DNA of 64,000 bases from Nannocystales bacterium (GTDB lineage Bacteria; Myxococcota_A; Polyangia; Nannocystales; Nannocystaceae), in NCBI GenBank assembly GCA_050633305.1, contig JBOEGF010000005.1, positions 64,001-128,000 on the forward strand, in the 5' to 3' direction. The translations under genes were made by a program, and so were the position numbers. The first letter of the stretch is position 1. Each line of letters opens with the position of its first letter. Of this stretch, positions 1 through 9,974 are shown piece after piece. The notes under the pieces were generated by a model that was not told the DNA's origin, made no database searches, and saw nothing but the letters and a program-made list of their open reading frames with translations.

Positions 1-221
1 TCGCGTCTTTCGTGTCTCGGGCCAAGGCCTTCGATGAGCAGACCTATGCTCTCGTCCAGCGGTTTGGGGGCAGCGTCTCGGCCGAGCATGGCATCGGGTT
101 GCTCAAGCGGGACCATCTGCACTTCAGCCGCGCGGATGGCGAACTGGCGATGATGCGGGCGATCAAGGCGGCACTCGACCCAACCGGGATGTTCAACCCC
201 GGCAAGGTCCTCCCCGACTGA
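1..221 (+). CDS. FAD-linked oxidase, C-terminal part (GlcD/D-2-hydroxyacid dehydrogenase-like); 5' end outside window
   Basis: GSVSAEHGIGLLK and IKAALDPTGMFNPGKV are the typical FAD-oxidase_C terminus. Confidence 0.85.
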   Translation, partial: ASFVSRAKAFDEQTYALVQRFGGSVSAEHGIGLLKRDHLHFSRADGELAMMRAIKAALDPTGMFNPGKVLPD

Positions 222-234
222 TATCGTCCTGCGG

Positions 235-1734
235 ATGCGTCTTTGGGGGCTTTGCGTTGTTGGTCTGCTCACCGCTTCATGTGGGGGCGACGCGTCCTCG
301 GATGCGAGCACGATGCCGACGTCGGCGAGTGCCGGACCCACTGCCACGGTCACAGGGACCGGGTCGGGCACCGAAGGGGCGGCGGAGACGACCTCCGAGT
401 CCGCATCGACCACCTCGGCGGCGACAGTCGCCGGAACAGGTTCGAGCTCGACCGCCGTGGCGGATACGTCCAGTGGCGGTGGCGAGGGCTGTACCTTCTG
501 CAACGGACCCAACGAGCGGTGTGTCGACGATGAGTGTGTGACCACGTGTCAGGGACAACTGCCCGACCCGTGCGTCGCGGATGGGCAGGTGTGCGACCAC
601 ATCTCGGGCGAGTGTGTCGATCCGGCAGGGGCGTGCGTCCTCTCGGGCGAATACACCCCGTGCGGCGGCCAACTCTGTGGCCCGGGGACCGCGTGCGACG
701 ACCAAGGCGAATGCCTGCCGTTCCCGCCTTGCGCAGGCGTGGCGTGCACTGACGACAACTCCTGTTGGGGGACCTTCTGCTCGTGCGAGCGCAACATCGA
801 TTGCGAGCCGCCCACCGACGACTTGCTCAACGGTCCGTTCTCCACCGAGATCAGCGACCTCGAGTTCGCCGACGACTGCACGGCTTGGATGGTTACGCTG
901 CGCTCGGGCACGGACTTTCTTCGAAGGCTCACCCCGGACGGCGAGGTGACGCAGTGGGCGGGCGTGTCCAACCTCAACATGGGGGAGGTCGCGGTGCTCA
1001 AGGCTCTGACGCCACCGCCCGCGGCCGCCGTGCCACTCCCCCTGGGCTCGGGCACCGTCCCGCCGCCGCCGTTGGGCGTGGAAGGCATTGGCGAGGTTGC
1101 CCTTTCGTACATCTGCTGTGCGACGTGCGGCTGCTTCACCGATCCTCCTCAGGGGGTCTCCCGGTTGGTCGAGGACGACAAGGTTCAGCCGCTCCCGCTT
1201 GTGATCCCTGCCGTGCCCACGGGCTCGACGGGACCGTTCGGGAGCACAGGCGCCGACGCTGGGCCGTTCGGACTCACCTGGGGGATCGACAGGGTGCTGT
1301 ACGTGGGCAACGCGGAGGGGAACGGGAACCTCCACACCGCCGATCTCGAAACGGAGACCCAACAGCAGATCTCCATGTTCGAGCGGCGTGTGACCGCGGC
1401 CGCACCGCTCACCGAAGCGCACATCATGGTCGCGACCCTGGGCGGGGCGATTCATCGCTACAACGTCATCACGAACACCGCCACAGAGGTTGTGGACGTG
1501 GGGCAGGACGTGACGAACATGTCGTTCGACGCGTTCTCGGGGCTGTTGTACGTCAGCCTGCGAAACTTCGAGGTCATCACCCTCGAGCCATTCACCGGCG
1601 TGACCGAAGCGTTTGAGACGATGCCGGCGCGAGGCCGGGTGACGGTCAGCCCCAACGGCCGCCTCTACTACGCTCCGCTGGGTATCTTGGATACCCAGCC
1701 GATCTCATCGTGGGATCTTCCGGATTCGCTGTGA
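235..1734 (+). CDS. Cys-rich lipoprotein with probable C-terminal beta-propeller
   Basis: Lipobox LLTASC, Ser/Thr linker, Cys-rich repeats, then beta-strand repeats; TGA overlaps the GTG of the next gene. Confidence 0.75.
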   Translation: MRLWGLCVVGLLTASCGGDASSDASTMPTSASAGPTATVTGTGSGTEGAAETTSESASTTSAATVAGTGSSSTAVADTSSGGGEGCTFCNGPNERCVDDECVTTCQGQLPDPCVADGQVCDHISGECVDPAGACVLSGEYTPCGGQLCGPGTACDDQGECLPFPPCAGVACTDDNSCWGTFCSCERNIDCEPPTDDLLNGPFSTEISDLEFADDCTAWMVTLRSGTDFLRRLTPDGEVTQWAGVSNLNMGEVAVLKALTPPPAAAVPLPLGSGTVPPPPLGVEGIGEVALSYICCATCGCFTDPPQGVSRLVEDDKVQPLPLVIPAVPTGSTGPFGSTGADAGPFGLTWGIDRVLYVGNAEGNGNLHTADLETETQQQISMFERRVTAAAPLTEAHIMVATLGGAIHRYNVITNTATEVVDVGQDVTNMSFDAFSGLLYVSLRNFEVITLEPFTGVTEAFETMPARGRVTVSPNGRLYYAPLGILDTQPISSWDLPDSL

Positions 1735-2399
1735 CCGACGAGAGTCCCCACGCGCGCGACGTCGTCCTGGCGCAGGCTTGTGTTCTCGGGGACGCGACGG
1801 CGCTTCGAGAGTTCGAAGCTCGTCTTGGCCCCGAGATCGATGTGGCCCTCACAAGGTTGGGCCTGGGGCATGGGGAGGCGGGCGATGTGAAGTCGCGGGT
1901 CCTCGAGAAGCTGTTGGCTCCGCCCTCGACCAAGCTGGCCCAGTACGAGGGGCAAGGGCCGTTGGCCTCGTGGGTGAAAGCGGTGACGACGCGGGAGGCG
2001 TTGAGCTTGCGTCGCACCAAGGCTCGGCGGCGCGATCTGCTCGACGCTGCTGGAGACGCACTGACCCCGGTCGATCCCGAACTCGCGTTTCTCAAGCGTC
2101 ACTACCGAGACGCGTTTCGGCTCGCGTTTGGCACGACGGTGGATGAACTCAGCGCCGAGGACCGGCTTCTGCTTCGGTACCGCTTCGTCGATGGCCTCAC
2201 GCTTCCGCAGCTCGCGGCCGCGTGCGGTGTGCACCGGGCGACCGCCGCACGGCGACTGGCGACGCTCAGGGAGCGGTTGTTCGCCGGGACGAGAGCGCAG
2301 CTGTCCGAGCGCCTTGACGTGCCTGCAGACGAGCTCGCGAGCATCTTCCGGCTGATTCAGAGCAACTTCGACGTCAGCATGCGGGGTTTGCTCGGCTGA
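1731..2399 (+). CDS. ECF-like sigma-70 factor, myxobacterial family
   Basis: DVVLAQAC..GD..A...F, KLAQYEGQGPLASWVKAV (region 2), LSAEDRLLLRYRFVDGLTLPQLAAACGVHRATAARRL (region 4 HTH); GTG at 1731 coupled to upstream stop. Confidence 0.8.
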   Translation: MTDESPHARDVVLAQACVLGDATALREFEARLGPEIDVALTRLGLGHGEAGDVKSRVLEKLLAPPSTKLAQYEGQGPLASWVKAVTTREALSLRRTKARRRDLLDAAGDALTPVDPELAFLKRHYRDAFRLAFGTTVDELSAEDRLLLRYRFVDGLTLPQLAAACGVHRATAARRLATLRERLFAGTRAQLSERLDVPADELASIFRLIQSNFDVSMRGLLG

Positions 2400-2483
2400 G
2401 CGTCCGCACAGGGCTTCCCTGAATCAAAAAAAGACGACCCGATCGTGCGACTTTCTGCGATCTCGCGACGTCGGTATCACGCG

Positions 2484-3263
2484 ATGAAGCTTGGAACGAT
2501 TGTCCTTGTCCTTGGCCTGCTGAGTCCCCTCGCCGGGTGTGACACCAACGTCGACGAGGACTCCTCCTCAGGTACGGAGGGAAACACCACATCCAACGCC
2601 CCAAGCGATGAGTCCGTCGCCGGGTGCCGCGATGGATGCGACCGGCTTCAGTTCTTCGACTGTATCGACGGCAGCGTCCATGAGACGTGCTGGAACACCT
2701 GCGCCGAGCGCAGCGACGACGACCTCGAACTCTTCGAGAGTTGCGTGAACAACAGCGCGCCTGCGTGCGACCCAGATTGCCTGGCTGGATTGATCGACGC
2801 GCCGGAACCGGAACCCGACCCAGATCCGGACACCACCACGGGGGGCGACCCATCGAGTTGCGAGACGGTGTGTCAGGCCTACGTCGATGCTGGTTGCGAG
2901 CTAGAGCTGTTCGAGGAGGTCACCTCGTGTGCTCAGGCCTGCGCCACGTTGTCGTCCGTCGAGCAGGCTGCGGTCGCGGTCTGCTTCAATAGTCCACAGA
3001 CCTGCGAGGTCGATCCTGAGTGCCTGCTGGAAGAAGAGGAAGAAACCAGTGCCGCGGACGAGTCCGGGGGCGGGGTTGATGTCTCCTGTCTCAGTGCTTG
3101 CGACACATCGTTGGGCTTGCAGTGCATCGACGCTCAGGAGCATGCGTCGTGCTACAGCCAGTGCGATGTCGCGCCCGCGAGTGATGTCGAGGCGTTCGTC
3201 GCGTGTGTCGATGCTGTTGGGGCCGTTTGCGATGGCAGCTGCTACGCGGTCTTCATCGAGTAG
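2484..3263 (+). CDS. Cys-rich acidic lipoprotein with three helical Cys repeats
   Basis: MKLGTIVLVLGLLSPLAGC lipobox; repeated CxxxC units. Confidence 0.75.
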   Translation: MKLGTIVLVLGLLSPLAGCDTNVDEDSSSGTEGNTTSNAPSDESVAGCRDGCDRLQFFDCIDGSVHETCWNTCAERSDDDLELFESCVNNSAPACDPDCLAGLIDAPEPEPDPDPDTTTGGDPSSCETVCQAYVDAGCELELFEEVTSCAQACATLSSVEQAAVAVCFNSPQTCEVDPECLLEEEEETSAADESGGGVDVSCLSACDTSLGLQCIDAQEHASCYSQCDVAPASDVEAFVACVDAVGAVCDGSCYAVFIE

Positions 3264-3278
3264 GCTCGCAACGGTCCC

Positions 3279-5843
3279 GTGACGACGACGTGCATCAGCG
3301 AGGAATCGGCGCTCCGAATTCTGCTTGAACCTCGGGGAGCGCAGACGGCTGAGCACAGAGCCCACGTCGCGGGATGCGAGGCTTGTCGAGGCTTCGTCGC
3401 CGCACTTGCGCGGGTCATGTTGCCTCCGTCCACCCGCTCCTTGGGAGGGTGGGGGGCCGACTCGGTCGCCCTCACAGCGGGAACGAAGCTCAAGCACTAC
3501 GTGGTGGAGTCTGTACTCGGCCGCGGAGGGATGGGGGTCGTGTACGCCGGCCACGACGCACGCCTCGACCGACCCGTCGCGATTAAAGTGTTGGCCCATC
3601 GCGCAGGCTCGGGCGCCGTGGCCCGGTTGCGTCAGGAGGCCTCGGCGATGGCCCAGCTCTCGCACCCCAATGTCGTCGAGGTCTTCGACTTTGGGGTCTG
3701 CGACGCCGGACCCTTCGTCGTGATGGAAGTCCTCCACGGGCGGACCCTGGGCCAGTGGCTCGGTGAGGGGGAGCGCACTGCTGGTGAAATCCTGTCGGCC
3801 TACGTTCAAGCTGGCCGGGGACTGGCCGCCGCGCACGCGAGGGGAATCGTCCATCGGGACTTCAAGCCGTCCAACGTCATGTGGACCCAGGACGGTGCGC
3901 AGGGGGTCGTGAAGGTGCTGGACTTTGGGCTTGCGACTCCGCTGACGGGAGGAAGTACGCTGTCGGACAGCACGAGTGGGTCGCTTCTGATGCGTGGGGG
4001 CGGTGGGACGCCCCGCTACGCGGCGCCGGAGCAGCTCATGGGTGCCTTGGCGACAGCCGCGAGCGATCAGTTCAGCTTCTGCGTGGCGCTATTCGAGTCG
4101 CTCGGCGGCGGGTCGCCATACCCGGGGTCGACGCTGACGCAACGCCGGACAGCGATGCTCAGCGGCCGTATCGAAGCCCTGGCAGCCCGGGTCGTGCCCG
4201 AGGTCGAGGCGGCCCTCAGACGGGGGCTTCAGCTGGACCCCAGACGTCGCCATCGGTCGATGCAAGCGTTGTTGTCTGCATTCGAAGCCCGACCGCGTGC
4301 ACGGACGATGCTCGCCGGAGCCGCGGTGATCTCGTTCGGCGTCTTCGCCGGGTGGCCGGCCGCGCCAGCGTCCTGCGCAGACGGGAGCGAGCGGATGCAG
4401 GAGGTCTGGACGGGCAGGAGGGCGCGTTTCGTAGGCCGGCCCGAAGTTGTCGGCAAAGCGTCTTCGATCGACGCGTTTGTGGATTCTTGGCTGGAAGCCA
4501 GGGGCGCGATGTGTGCGCTGCGGCGTGAAGAGCCGGCACGGTTCGAGCGAGGAACCGCCTGTCTGGAGCGTCAGGCGAGCGCCCTGACGCGGGTTGCGGA
4601 CCGCCTCGAGCAGGTGGTGAGCACCGCGGAGCCCATGCCTTCGAACCTCATGGGCGGCCTCCGCGACCCCGCCGAGTGTACTGCGCTCCAGTCGGCCGGT
4701 GCGAACGACCCCGTGCTTCGGGATGAACTCAGCGCGCTTCAGACCCGGGCGGAGGCGGCGGAGCAGGATGGCGATATCGATCCCGAAGAGTTTGCGGACT
4801 TGTCTGCTCGGGTTGGGCTCCTCCTGCGGCGTGCCCGGCAACTCGGGGATAGTGGGGCTCAGGCTGCACTCTTGAGGCTGCAGGCGACAGTCGAGTTCCT
4901 GCGTGGCGACTACGGGGCGGCGGAACGAACCTTCGAGGCCGCCTACTTCGTGGCTGATCTCGCCGATGACGCGAGCATGAAGCTTCATATCTGCGAAGGG
5001 CTGATCCTTCTGTTGGCAATGTTGAAGGAGGACCCTCAGCGGGTCATGGGCTGGGCGGCCCATGCCCGGAGTGCAGCTGAGTCGATCGGAACAGACAACG
5101 TCCTCGGCCGCGCTGCTTGGCTGGAGGGAGTCGCTGCTCGGGCCGACGGCCGACTCGACGAAGCCATGGCATCCGCGACGAGGGCGATCGATTGGCTACA
5201 CGCCGACAGCGAGACTCGTTTGCTCGCGTACACGCAGCTGGGCGAGCTCGCCATGCAGACTGGCGACGGGGCGCGGGCGCGCCTGGCATTGCAGGCTGCG
5301 TTGGAGCTGGCCGAGCGTGAACTCGGTGAGACGCACCCTCACCTCGCGCAACCGCTCAACGCACTGGCGAGCGTGGAGATGGCTGCGGGCAATGTCGAGG
5401 CCGGGATGAAGCTCATCACCAGGGCCCTCGAAGTCACCCCGGAGTCCAAGGTGCTGCTGCGCGCGTACTTGAGGGCGAACCTCGGCAATGGCATGCGGGA
5501 GCTGGGACAATTCGAGGCCGCCCTCGAGGAGGTGACCGCCGTCCGTGCCGTCTTCGAGGAGGAGTTCGGACCCAACAACCTCCAGACCGTCCGGGTGGGC
5601 ATCGACAGAGTCGACACGTTGGCGGAGCTTGGCCGGGTCGATGACGCTCGGGCGGAAACGCAGCGACTGCTCAGTACACCCGGACTCACCGACGATGTGC
5701 TCGTCAACCTCCTTTGGACGAGTGCCTCGCTGGCCGAGGACCCGCGCGCGGACCTCGAGCGGATCGTGAGCCTTCCGGGTGTGGGCGCTGCTGCCGCGGC
5801 CGAGGCTCAGGCTCAGTTGCTCGAACTCGGAGGAGACCCGTGA
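3279..5843 (+). CDS. Ser/Thr protein kinase with N-terminal HxxxCxxC (zf-HC2-like) motif, TM segment and TPR repeats
   Basis: HVAGCEAC; GRGGMG, VAIK, HRDFKPSN, DFG, GTPRYAAPE; TPR-like ELGETHPHLAQPLNALA. Confidence 0.9.
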   Translation: MTTTCISEESALRILLEPRGAQTAEHRAHVAGCEACRGFVAALARVMLPPSTRSLGGWGADSVALTAGTKLKHYVVESVLGRGGMGVVYAGHDARLDRPVAIKVLAHRAGSGAVARLRQEASAMAQLSHPNVVEVFDFGVCDAGPFVVMEVLHGRTLGQWLGEGERTAGEILSAYVQAGRGLAAAHARGIVHRDFKPSNVMWTQDGAQGVVKVLDFGLATPLTGGSTLSDSTSGSLLMRGGGGTPRYAAPEQLMGALATAASDQFSFCVALFESLGGGSPYPGSTLTQRRTAMLSGRIEALAARVVPEVEAALRRGLQLDPRRRHRSMQALLSAFEARPRARTMLAGAAVISFGVFAGWPAAPASCADGSERMQEVWTGRRARFVGRPEVVGKASSIDAFVDSWLEARGAMCALRREEPARFERGTACLERQASALTRVADRLEQVVSTAEPMPSNLMGGLRDPAECTALQSAGANDPVLRDELSALQTRAEAAEQDGDIDPEEFADLSARVGLLLRRARQLGDSGAQAALLRLQATVEFLRGDYGAAERTFEAAYFVADLADDASMKLHICEGLILLLAMLKEDPQRVMGWAAHARSAAESIGTDNVLGRAAWLEGVAARADGRLDEAMASATRAIDWLHADSETRLLAYTQLGELAMQTGDGARARLALQAALELAERELGETHPHLAQPLNALASVEMAAGNVEAGMKLITRALEVTPESKVLLRAYLRANLGNGMRELGQFEAALEEVTAVRAVFEEEFGPNNLQTVRVGIDRVDTLAELGRVDDARAETQRLLSTPGLTDDVLVNLLWTSASLAEDPRADLERIVSLPGVGAAAAAEAQAQLLELGGDP

Positions 5844-5929
5844 CCGATCTGAGGGGGCGACCCGCGGGGCCACGAGTGGATGAGTCCAGCGAGGAACGGT
5901 GGGCGGACGCCGCCGGGGTACCGAGGTCG

Positions 5930-8482
5930 ATGGAGTGCCTCGAGGAACATGACGCAATCGCCCTGCTCGAAGGCGTCGATGATGGAGGCCTCACGCGAAG
6001 CCGTGCGCATCTCCGTGAATGCGAGCGATGTCAGGAGTACGTCGCTGCTCTGGCTCAGGTTCTGATGCCACCTTCGGAAGCCTCGGTTGGTGGGTGGGGT
6101 CTTGCCGACGGTGTCTTGAGTCCTGGCACCCGGCTTGATCAATATGTTGTCGAGGCCATGATTGGGCGTGGCGGCATGGGGGCGGTCTACCGCGCACACG
6201 ATGAGCGCCTCAACCGCGCGGTCGCCATCAAGGTTCTGCAGGAGGAACTGGGCGAGAGACGGGTGGGTTGGCTTCGCCGAGAGGCCGGAGTCATGGCCGC
6301 GCTGTCCCACCCCAACATCGCTGAGGTGTTCGACTTCGGGGGAGCGGATGCCGGACCGTTTGTGGTGATGGAGTTGATTCGCGGTACGACGCTCGCCGAG
6401 TGGGCTCGGACGGAGCTAAGTCCGGAGGAGAGACTCCGAGCCTACGTGCAGGCGGGGCAAGGGCTTCTGGCGGCACACCGGGCGGGCGTGGTCCACCGCG
6501 ACTTCAAACCTTCCAACGCGATGATGACTACGGAGGGAGATGTCGGCCGGGTCAAGGTGCTCGACTTCGGTCTTGCGGGGGCATATGGGGGTGGATTGGT
6601 CTCCGCAGGCGCCCTCATGGGATCTTCCACGCACAGCGGCTTGGGAGGCACGCCTCGCTATGCGGCGCCCGAGCAATTTCTCGGCGACCCTGCGACGCCC
6701 GCGAGCGACCAGTTCAGCTTCTGTGTCGCGCTGTTTGAAGCACTCACGGGTCTGCTGCCGTTCCCCGGTTTGTCGGGGTCTGCCCGCCGGACGGCGATGC
6801 TTCGCGGCGAGCTGCGGTCGATGCCTCCATCCGTGCCTATCTCGGTGACCGACGCGCTCGAGCGAGGGCTCTCGCTGCAGCCAGGTGCGCGTTTTGACTC
6901 GATGAGGACGCTGCTGAGTGCGCTCGAGGGCTCACGGAGTCGGCGGCCTGCGCTCGTCGCTGGCGTCGGGCTCTTCATCGCCGCGGGTTGGGCGATCGCA
7001 CCGCAGGAGGAGACGCCGTGCGCCGATGGAGTCGAGCGAATGGAACGAGCATGGCCTCGCACCCGGGCTGCGCAGTGGGCCCAACGGCCCGAGTTGCTTC
7101 GGCAGGCCGCCCGGCTCGACTCCTACGTCGAAGACTGGCTCGCCGCGCGGGGAGAGCTCTGCGAGACACGGACCGACGACGTGGTTCGATTCGAATCCGG
7201 GGCTTCGTGCCTCGAGCGTCTTGCGGCACGCGTGGGTGAGGCCGGAGGCCGTTTGCGCAAGCTGGCTGCGCAGGGGGGCTCATTGCCCTCGAACCTACTC
7301 GGAAGCCTGGGACGTCCGGACGGTTGCCTCGATGCCAGTTTCGACGAGCAACAGGACGAGCTACTTCGAGACGAGGTCGACGTGTTCCGCTCTCGGGCTG
7401 CGTCCATTCGGGATGAGGGGACGTCCAGGTTGGAGGACAGCCCCGAGCTCCTCACCCGAGGCCGGGGGCTCCTGAAGCGGGCGCGCGAGCTGGGTGATGT
7501 TCGGTCCGAGGCTGCGGTCATCAACGTCTTGGCTGCCGCCGCTCTCGAGAGAGACAAGCACGACAAGGCAGAGCGCCTGCTCGAAGAGGCGTACTTTCTC
7601 GCGAAGCTTGCAGGTGATGAGGCGAGCGAGCTGGACGCCACCGAAAACCTAGTGCTCCTGTTGGCGCAGTACGTCATCGAACCTCAGCGCGCAGCGTACT
7701 GGGCAGCGGAGGCTGCCAGGATCGCTGCCGGGCGCTCGGACGTCGATCGTGGGCGGGCGGAGCTCTTGCTCGCCTGGGTGGAGCAAGCCTCGGGGCAACC
7801 AGAGAAAGCGTTGGAGCACTACAGCAAGGCGGTGCCACATCTCCGTGAGGACCGTCGCCACTGGGATGCCCTCGAAGGTGAGGCTCGAGCGAACCTGAAC
7901 CTCCAACGGTGGGAGGAGGCACGCGCGGGGCTGGAAGCGGCGATCGACGAACAGGAGCGGGAGCTTGGGCCGACGCACTCGAGCCTCGCAAAGCCGCTCA
8001 ACACGCTCGCTTCACTCGAGATCATGGCCAAGAATTTCGACAAAGCCGCGAAGCTTTTGGAGCGCGCCATCTCGGTCACGCCCGACGGCGACGCGATACC
8101 TAGAGCGATGACGAAGGGAAACCTCGCCATCCTCTTGAAACGCATCGGGGAGCTCGACCGGTCCTTGGCGATCTTCGAGGAGATTCGTGGAGACTTCGAG
8201 AGGATGCTTGGTGGACAGCACGAGTCGACCATCCGGACCGAACTCGCGATCATCGAGGTTCTGACCCTGTTGGAGAGGAGCGACGAGGCACTGCGTCGGG
8301 TCGAGCGGGCCTTGAAGAACGGGGTGCCCGATTGGGCCCTGTCCGTCGCTTTGTTCTCACGCGCGTCTCTGGTCGAAGACCCTAGACCCGATTTAGCGCG
8401 GATCTTGACGCTACCGGGCGAGCCCGAGTCGACGTATCGGGCCGCTCGGGAGGGCCTCGCCTCGCTCGAGTCAGCCCCCTGA
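5930..8482 (+). CDS. Ser/Thr protein kinase with zf-HC2-like motif and TPRs; tandem paralog of the upstream kinase
   Basis: HLRECERC; GRGGMG, HRDFKPSN, DFG, GTPRYAAPE; colinear with 3279..5843; start placed at ATG 5930 (MECLEE). Confidence 0.88.
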   Translation: MECLEEHDAIALLEGVDDGGLTRSRAHLRECERCQEYVAALAQVLMPPSEASVGGWGLADGVLSPGTRLDQYVVEAMIGRGGMGAVYRAHDERLNRAVAIKVLQEELGERRVGWLRREAGVMAALSHPNIAEVFDFGGADAGPFVVMELIRGTTLAEWARTELSPEERLRAYVQAGQGLLAAHRAGVVHRDFKPSNAMMTTEGDVGRVKVLDFGLAGAYGGGLVSAGALMGSSTHSGLGGTPRYAAPEQFLGDPATPASDQFSFCVALFEALTGLLPFPGLSGSARRTAMLRGELRSMPPSVPISVTDALERGLSLQPGARFDSMRTLLSALEGSRSRRPALVAGVGLFIAAGWAIAPQEETPCADGVERMERAWPRTRAAQWAQRPELLRQAARLDSYVEDWLAARGELCETRTDDVVRFESGASCLERLAARVGEAGGRLRKLAAQGGSLPSNLLGSLGRPDGCLDASFDEQQDELLRDEVDVFRSRAASIRDEGTSRLEDSPELLTRGRGLLKRARELGDVRSEAAVINVLAAAALERDKHDKAERLLEEAYFLAKLAGDEASELDATENLVLLLAQYVIEPQRAAYWAAEAARIAAGRSDVDRGRAELLLAWVEQASGQPEKALEHYSKAVPHLREDRRHWDALEGEARANLNLQRWEEARAGLEAAIDEQERELGPTHSSLAKPLNTLASLEIMAKNFDKAAKLLERAISVTPDGDAIPRAMTKGNLAILLKRIGELDRSLAIFEEIRGDFERMLGGQHESTIRTELAIIEVLTLLERSDEALRRVERALKNGVPDWALSVALFSRASLVEDPRPDLARILTLPGEPESTYRAAREGLASLESAP

Positions 8483-9202
8483 GGACGGGGCTCGGACCAT
8501 CTTCTTTTGAGCCTCCGTCAGCGGGTCGTTGAGGATGAACTCGACCTTCGAGGTCTCCCATTTGCCGTCGACGGTGGAGACTTCGACCCGGTACTGCCGC
8601 CCGTGCACCCGGAGTCTCGCTGCGCCGTTGAACCACGACCACAACTCAACGTTCTCTTCGGGTTTGCTCTGCTTGGGTTCGCCGATCAGCGTCACGCCGA
8701 GTTGGGCGAGCGCAGCCTTGGGATCAAACGAGCCTTCGCCCGGAATGCCTTCGAACGTGAGTCCGGTGGAAATGCCGTTCTCGTAGCTGACCGAGATGGC
8801 GTCGTAGGTGCTGGTCGGGTCCACGTATCGTTGAAACGAATACGCGCACTCGAACCAAGTGCGCTCGGGTAGAAAGCGAAGGCACGACTTGCGGGTCATC
8901 CCTTTGCCCGTGGGGTCGCCCAGACGAGGTTGGATGTCGGTCGGCGCCTTCCCAAGCATCTGCGGCAGCGGGAACTTGCTGTCTTCGGTCACCGTGGCCG
9001 TCGGGCCGTCGTCGGCAACGACCGCTGGGGTCGGAGCCGGTTTCGCGGCTGGCTCGGCCGGCGGTTTTGTGTCCGGCTTGGCCTCGGGAGCGGGCTTGGC
9101 TTCAGCCGTGGCCGCGGGCTTGGCCGCAGGTGGCTTCTTCGACGAACCGTCGCTGGGGCACGCGGTGAGCAGCAGGGCGACGCAGGCCAGGGGTACGCGC
9201 AT
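8471..9202 (-). CDS. Hypothetical lipoprotein
   Basis: LLLTAC lipobox, Pro/Ala/Lys linker, globular C-terminus. Confidence 0.75.
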   Translation of the reverse strand: MRVPLACVALLLTACPSDGSSKKPPAAKPAATAEAKPAPEAKPDTKPPAEPAAKPAPTPAVVADDGPTATVTEDSKFPLPQMLGKAPTDIQPRLGDPTGKGMTRKSCLRFLPERTWFECAYSFQRYVDPTSTYDAISVSYENGISTGLTFEGIPGEGSFDPKAALAQLGVTLIGEPKQSKPEENVELWSWFNGAARLRVHGRQYRVEVSTVDGKWETSKVEFILNDPLTEAQKKMVRAPSSGG

Positions 9203-9238
9203 CGGCGGACGATAGCACTGGGCGTCCGGCCTGCAGCG

Positions 9239-9967
9239 TCATCTGCGGCCGCGAGCAAACGTGCTCTCGGGGAGCGGTCCGAATGCTCGATGCACCTCGA
9301 GGTCGAGGCTGAAGAGGTGTTCGTCGACGGTGAACACGACGCGGTGGCCCCCGTCTTCAACCTTGGCGAGGAACGCGCGGCTGTCGAGGTTCACGCGCTG
9401 CTCGGGGTGGTCCGACCACCACGGGGTTCGCTTGCTCTTGACGACAACCTCGGTCTCCAGCGTGATCGGTGGAGCGGGCTTGCCTTTGCGTTGAGCGCGA
9501 TCGAGTCGCGGCGTTGCGTTGACGGCGAGCGCCACTTCGAGCTCGCCTTCTTCGAGGCGCACCGTTTGCTCGATGGTCGCGTTCATGCCCAAGATCGTCG
9601 TGACGACCGGCTGCGACAACAGGCGACCTTGCACATCGACATCGGGGTCTGGCATCGCCACGGGAAGTTGGTTGTCGGGGTACAGCCGGAGCGTGGCCCG
9701 GACTTGAACCGATTGCGGGTTCTCGAGGTCTCCGGAGAACTCTTGGTGCGGAGCATCACCGACGATGCTCCCAACGTCCGCCTGCCCGACCCGTACCTCG
9801 GGCGGAGGCGAGAACTCGACCGCACGCATCAGCACGAGAACGGCCGCCGCGATCAACACCAGGTAGGCGTTGCGGCGCATCCACCCCAGCGCGCGTCTCA
9901 GACGCCCCTGGGGGGCCGATTCGGGAGCGTCGGGGGCCTGCTCGTCCACGGTGTTGGACCGTGGCAC
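9239..9967 (-). CDS. Hypothetical membrane-anchored protein
   Basis: One TM (AYLVLIAAAVLVLM) followed by a beta-rich domain; same-strand run with neighbours; exact start uncertain. Confidence 0.6.
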   Translation of the reverse strand: MPRSNTVDEQAPDAPESAPQGRLRRALGWMRRNAYLVLIAAAVLVLMRAVEFSPPPEVRVGQADVGSIVGDAPHQEFSGDLENPQSVQVRATLRLYPDNQLPVAMPDPDVDVQGRLLSQPVVTTILGMNATIEQTVRLEEGELEVALAVNATPRLDRAQRKGKPAPPITLETEVVVKSKRTPWWSDHPEQRVNLDSRAFLAKVEDGGHRVVFTVDEHLFSLDLEVHRAFGPLPESTFARGRR

Positions 9968-9974
9968 ACCGAGC

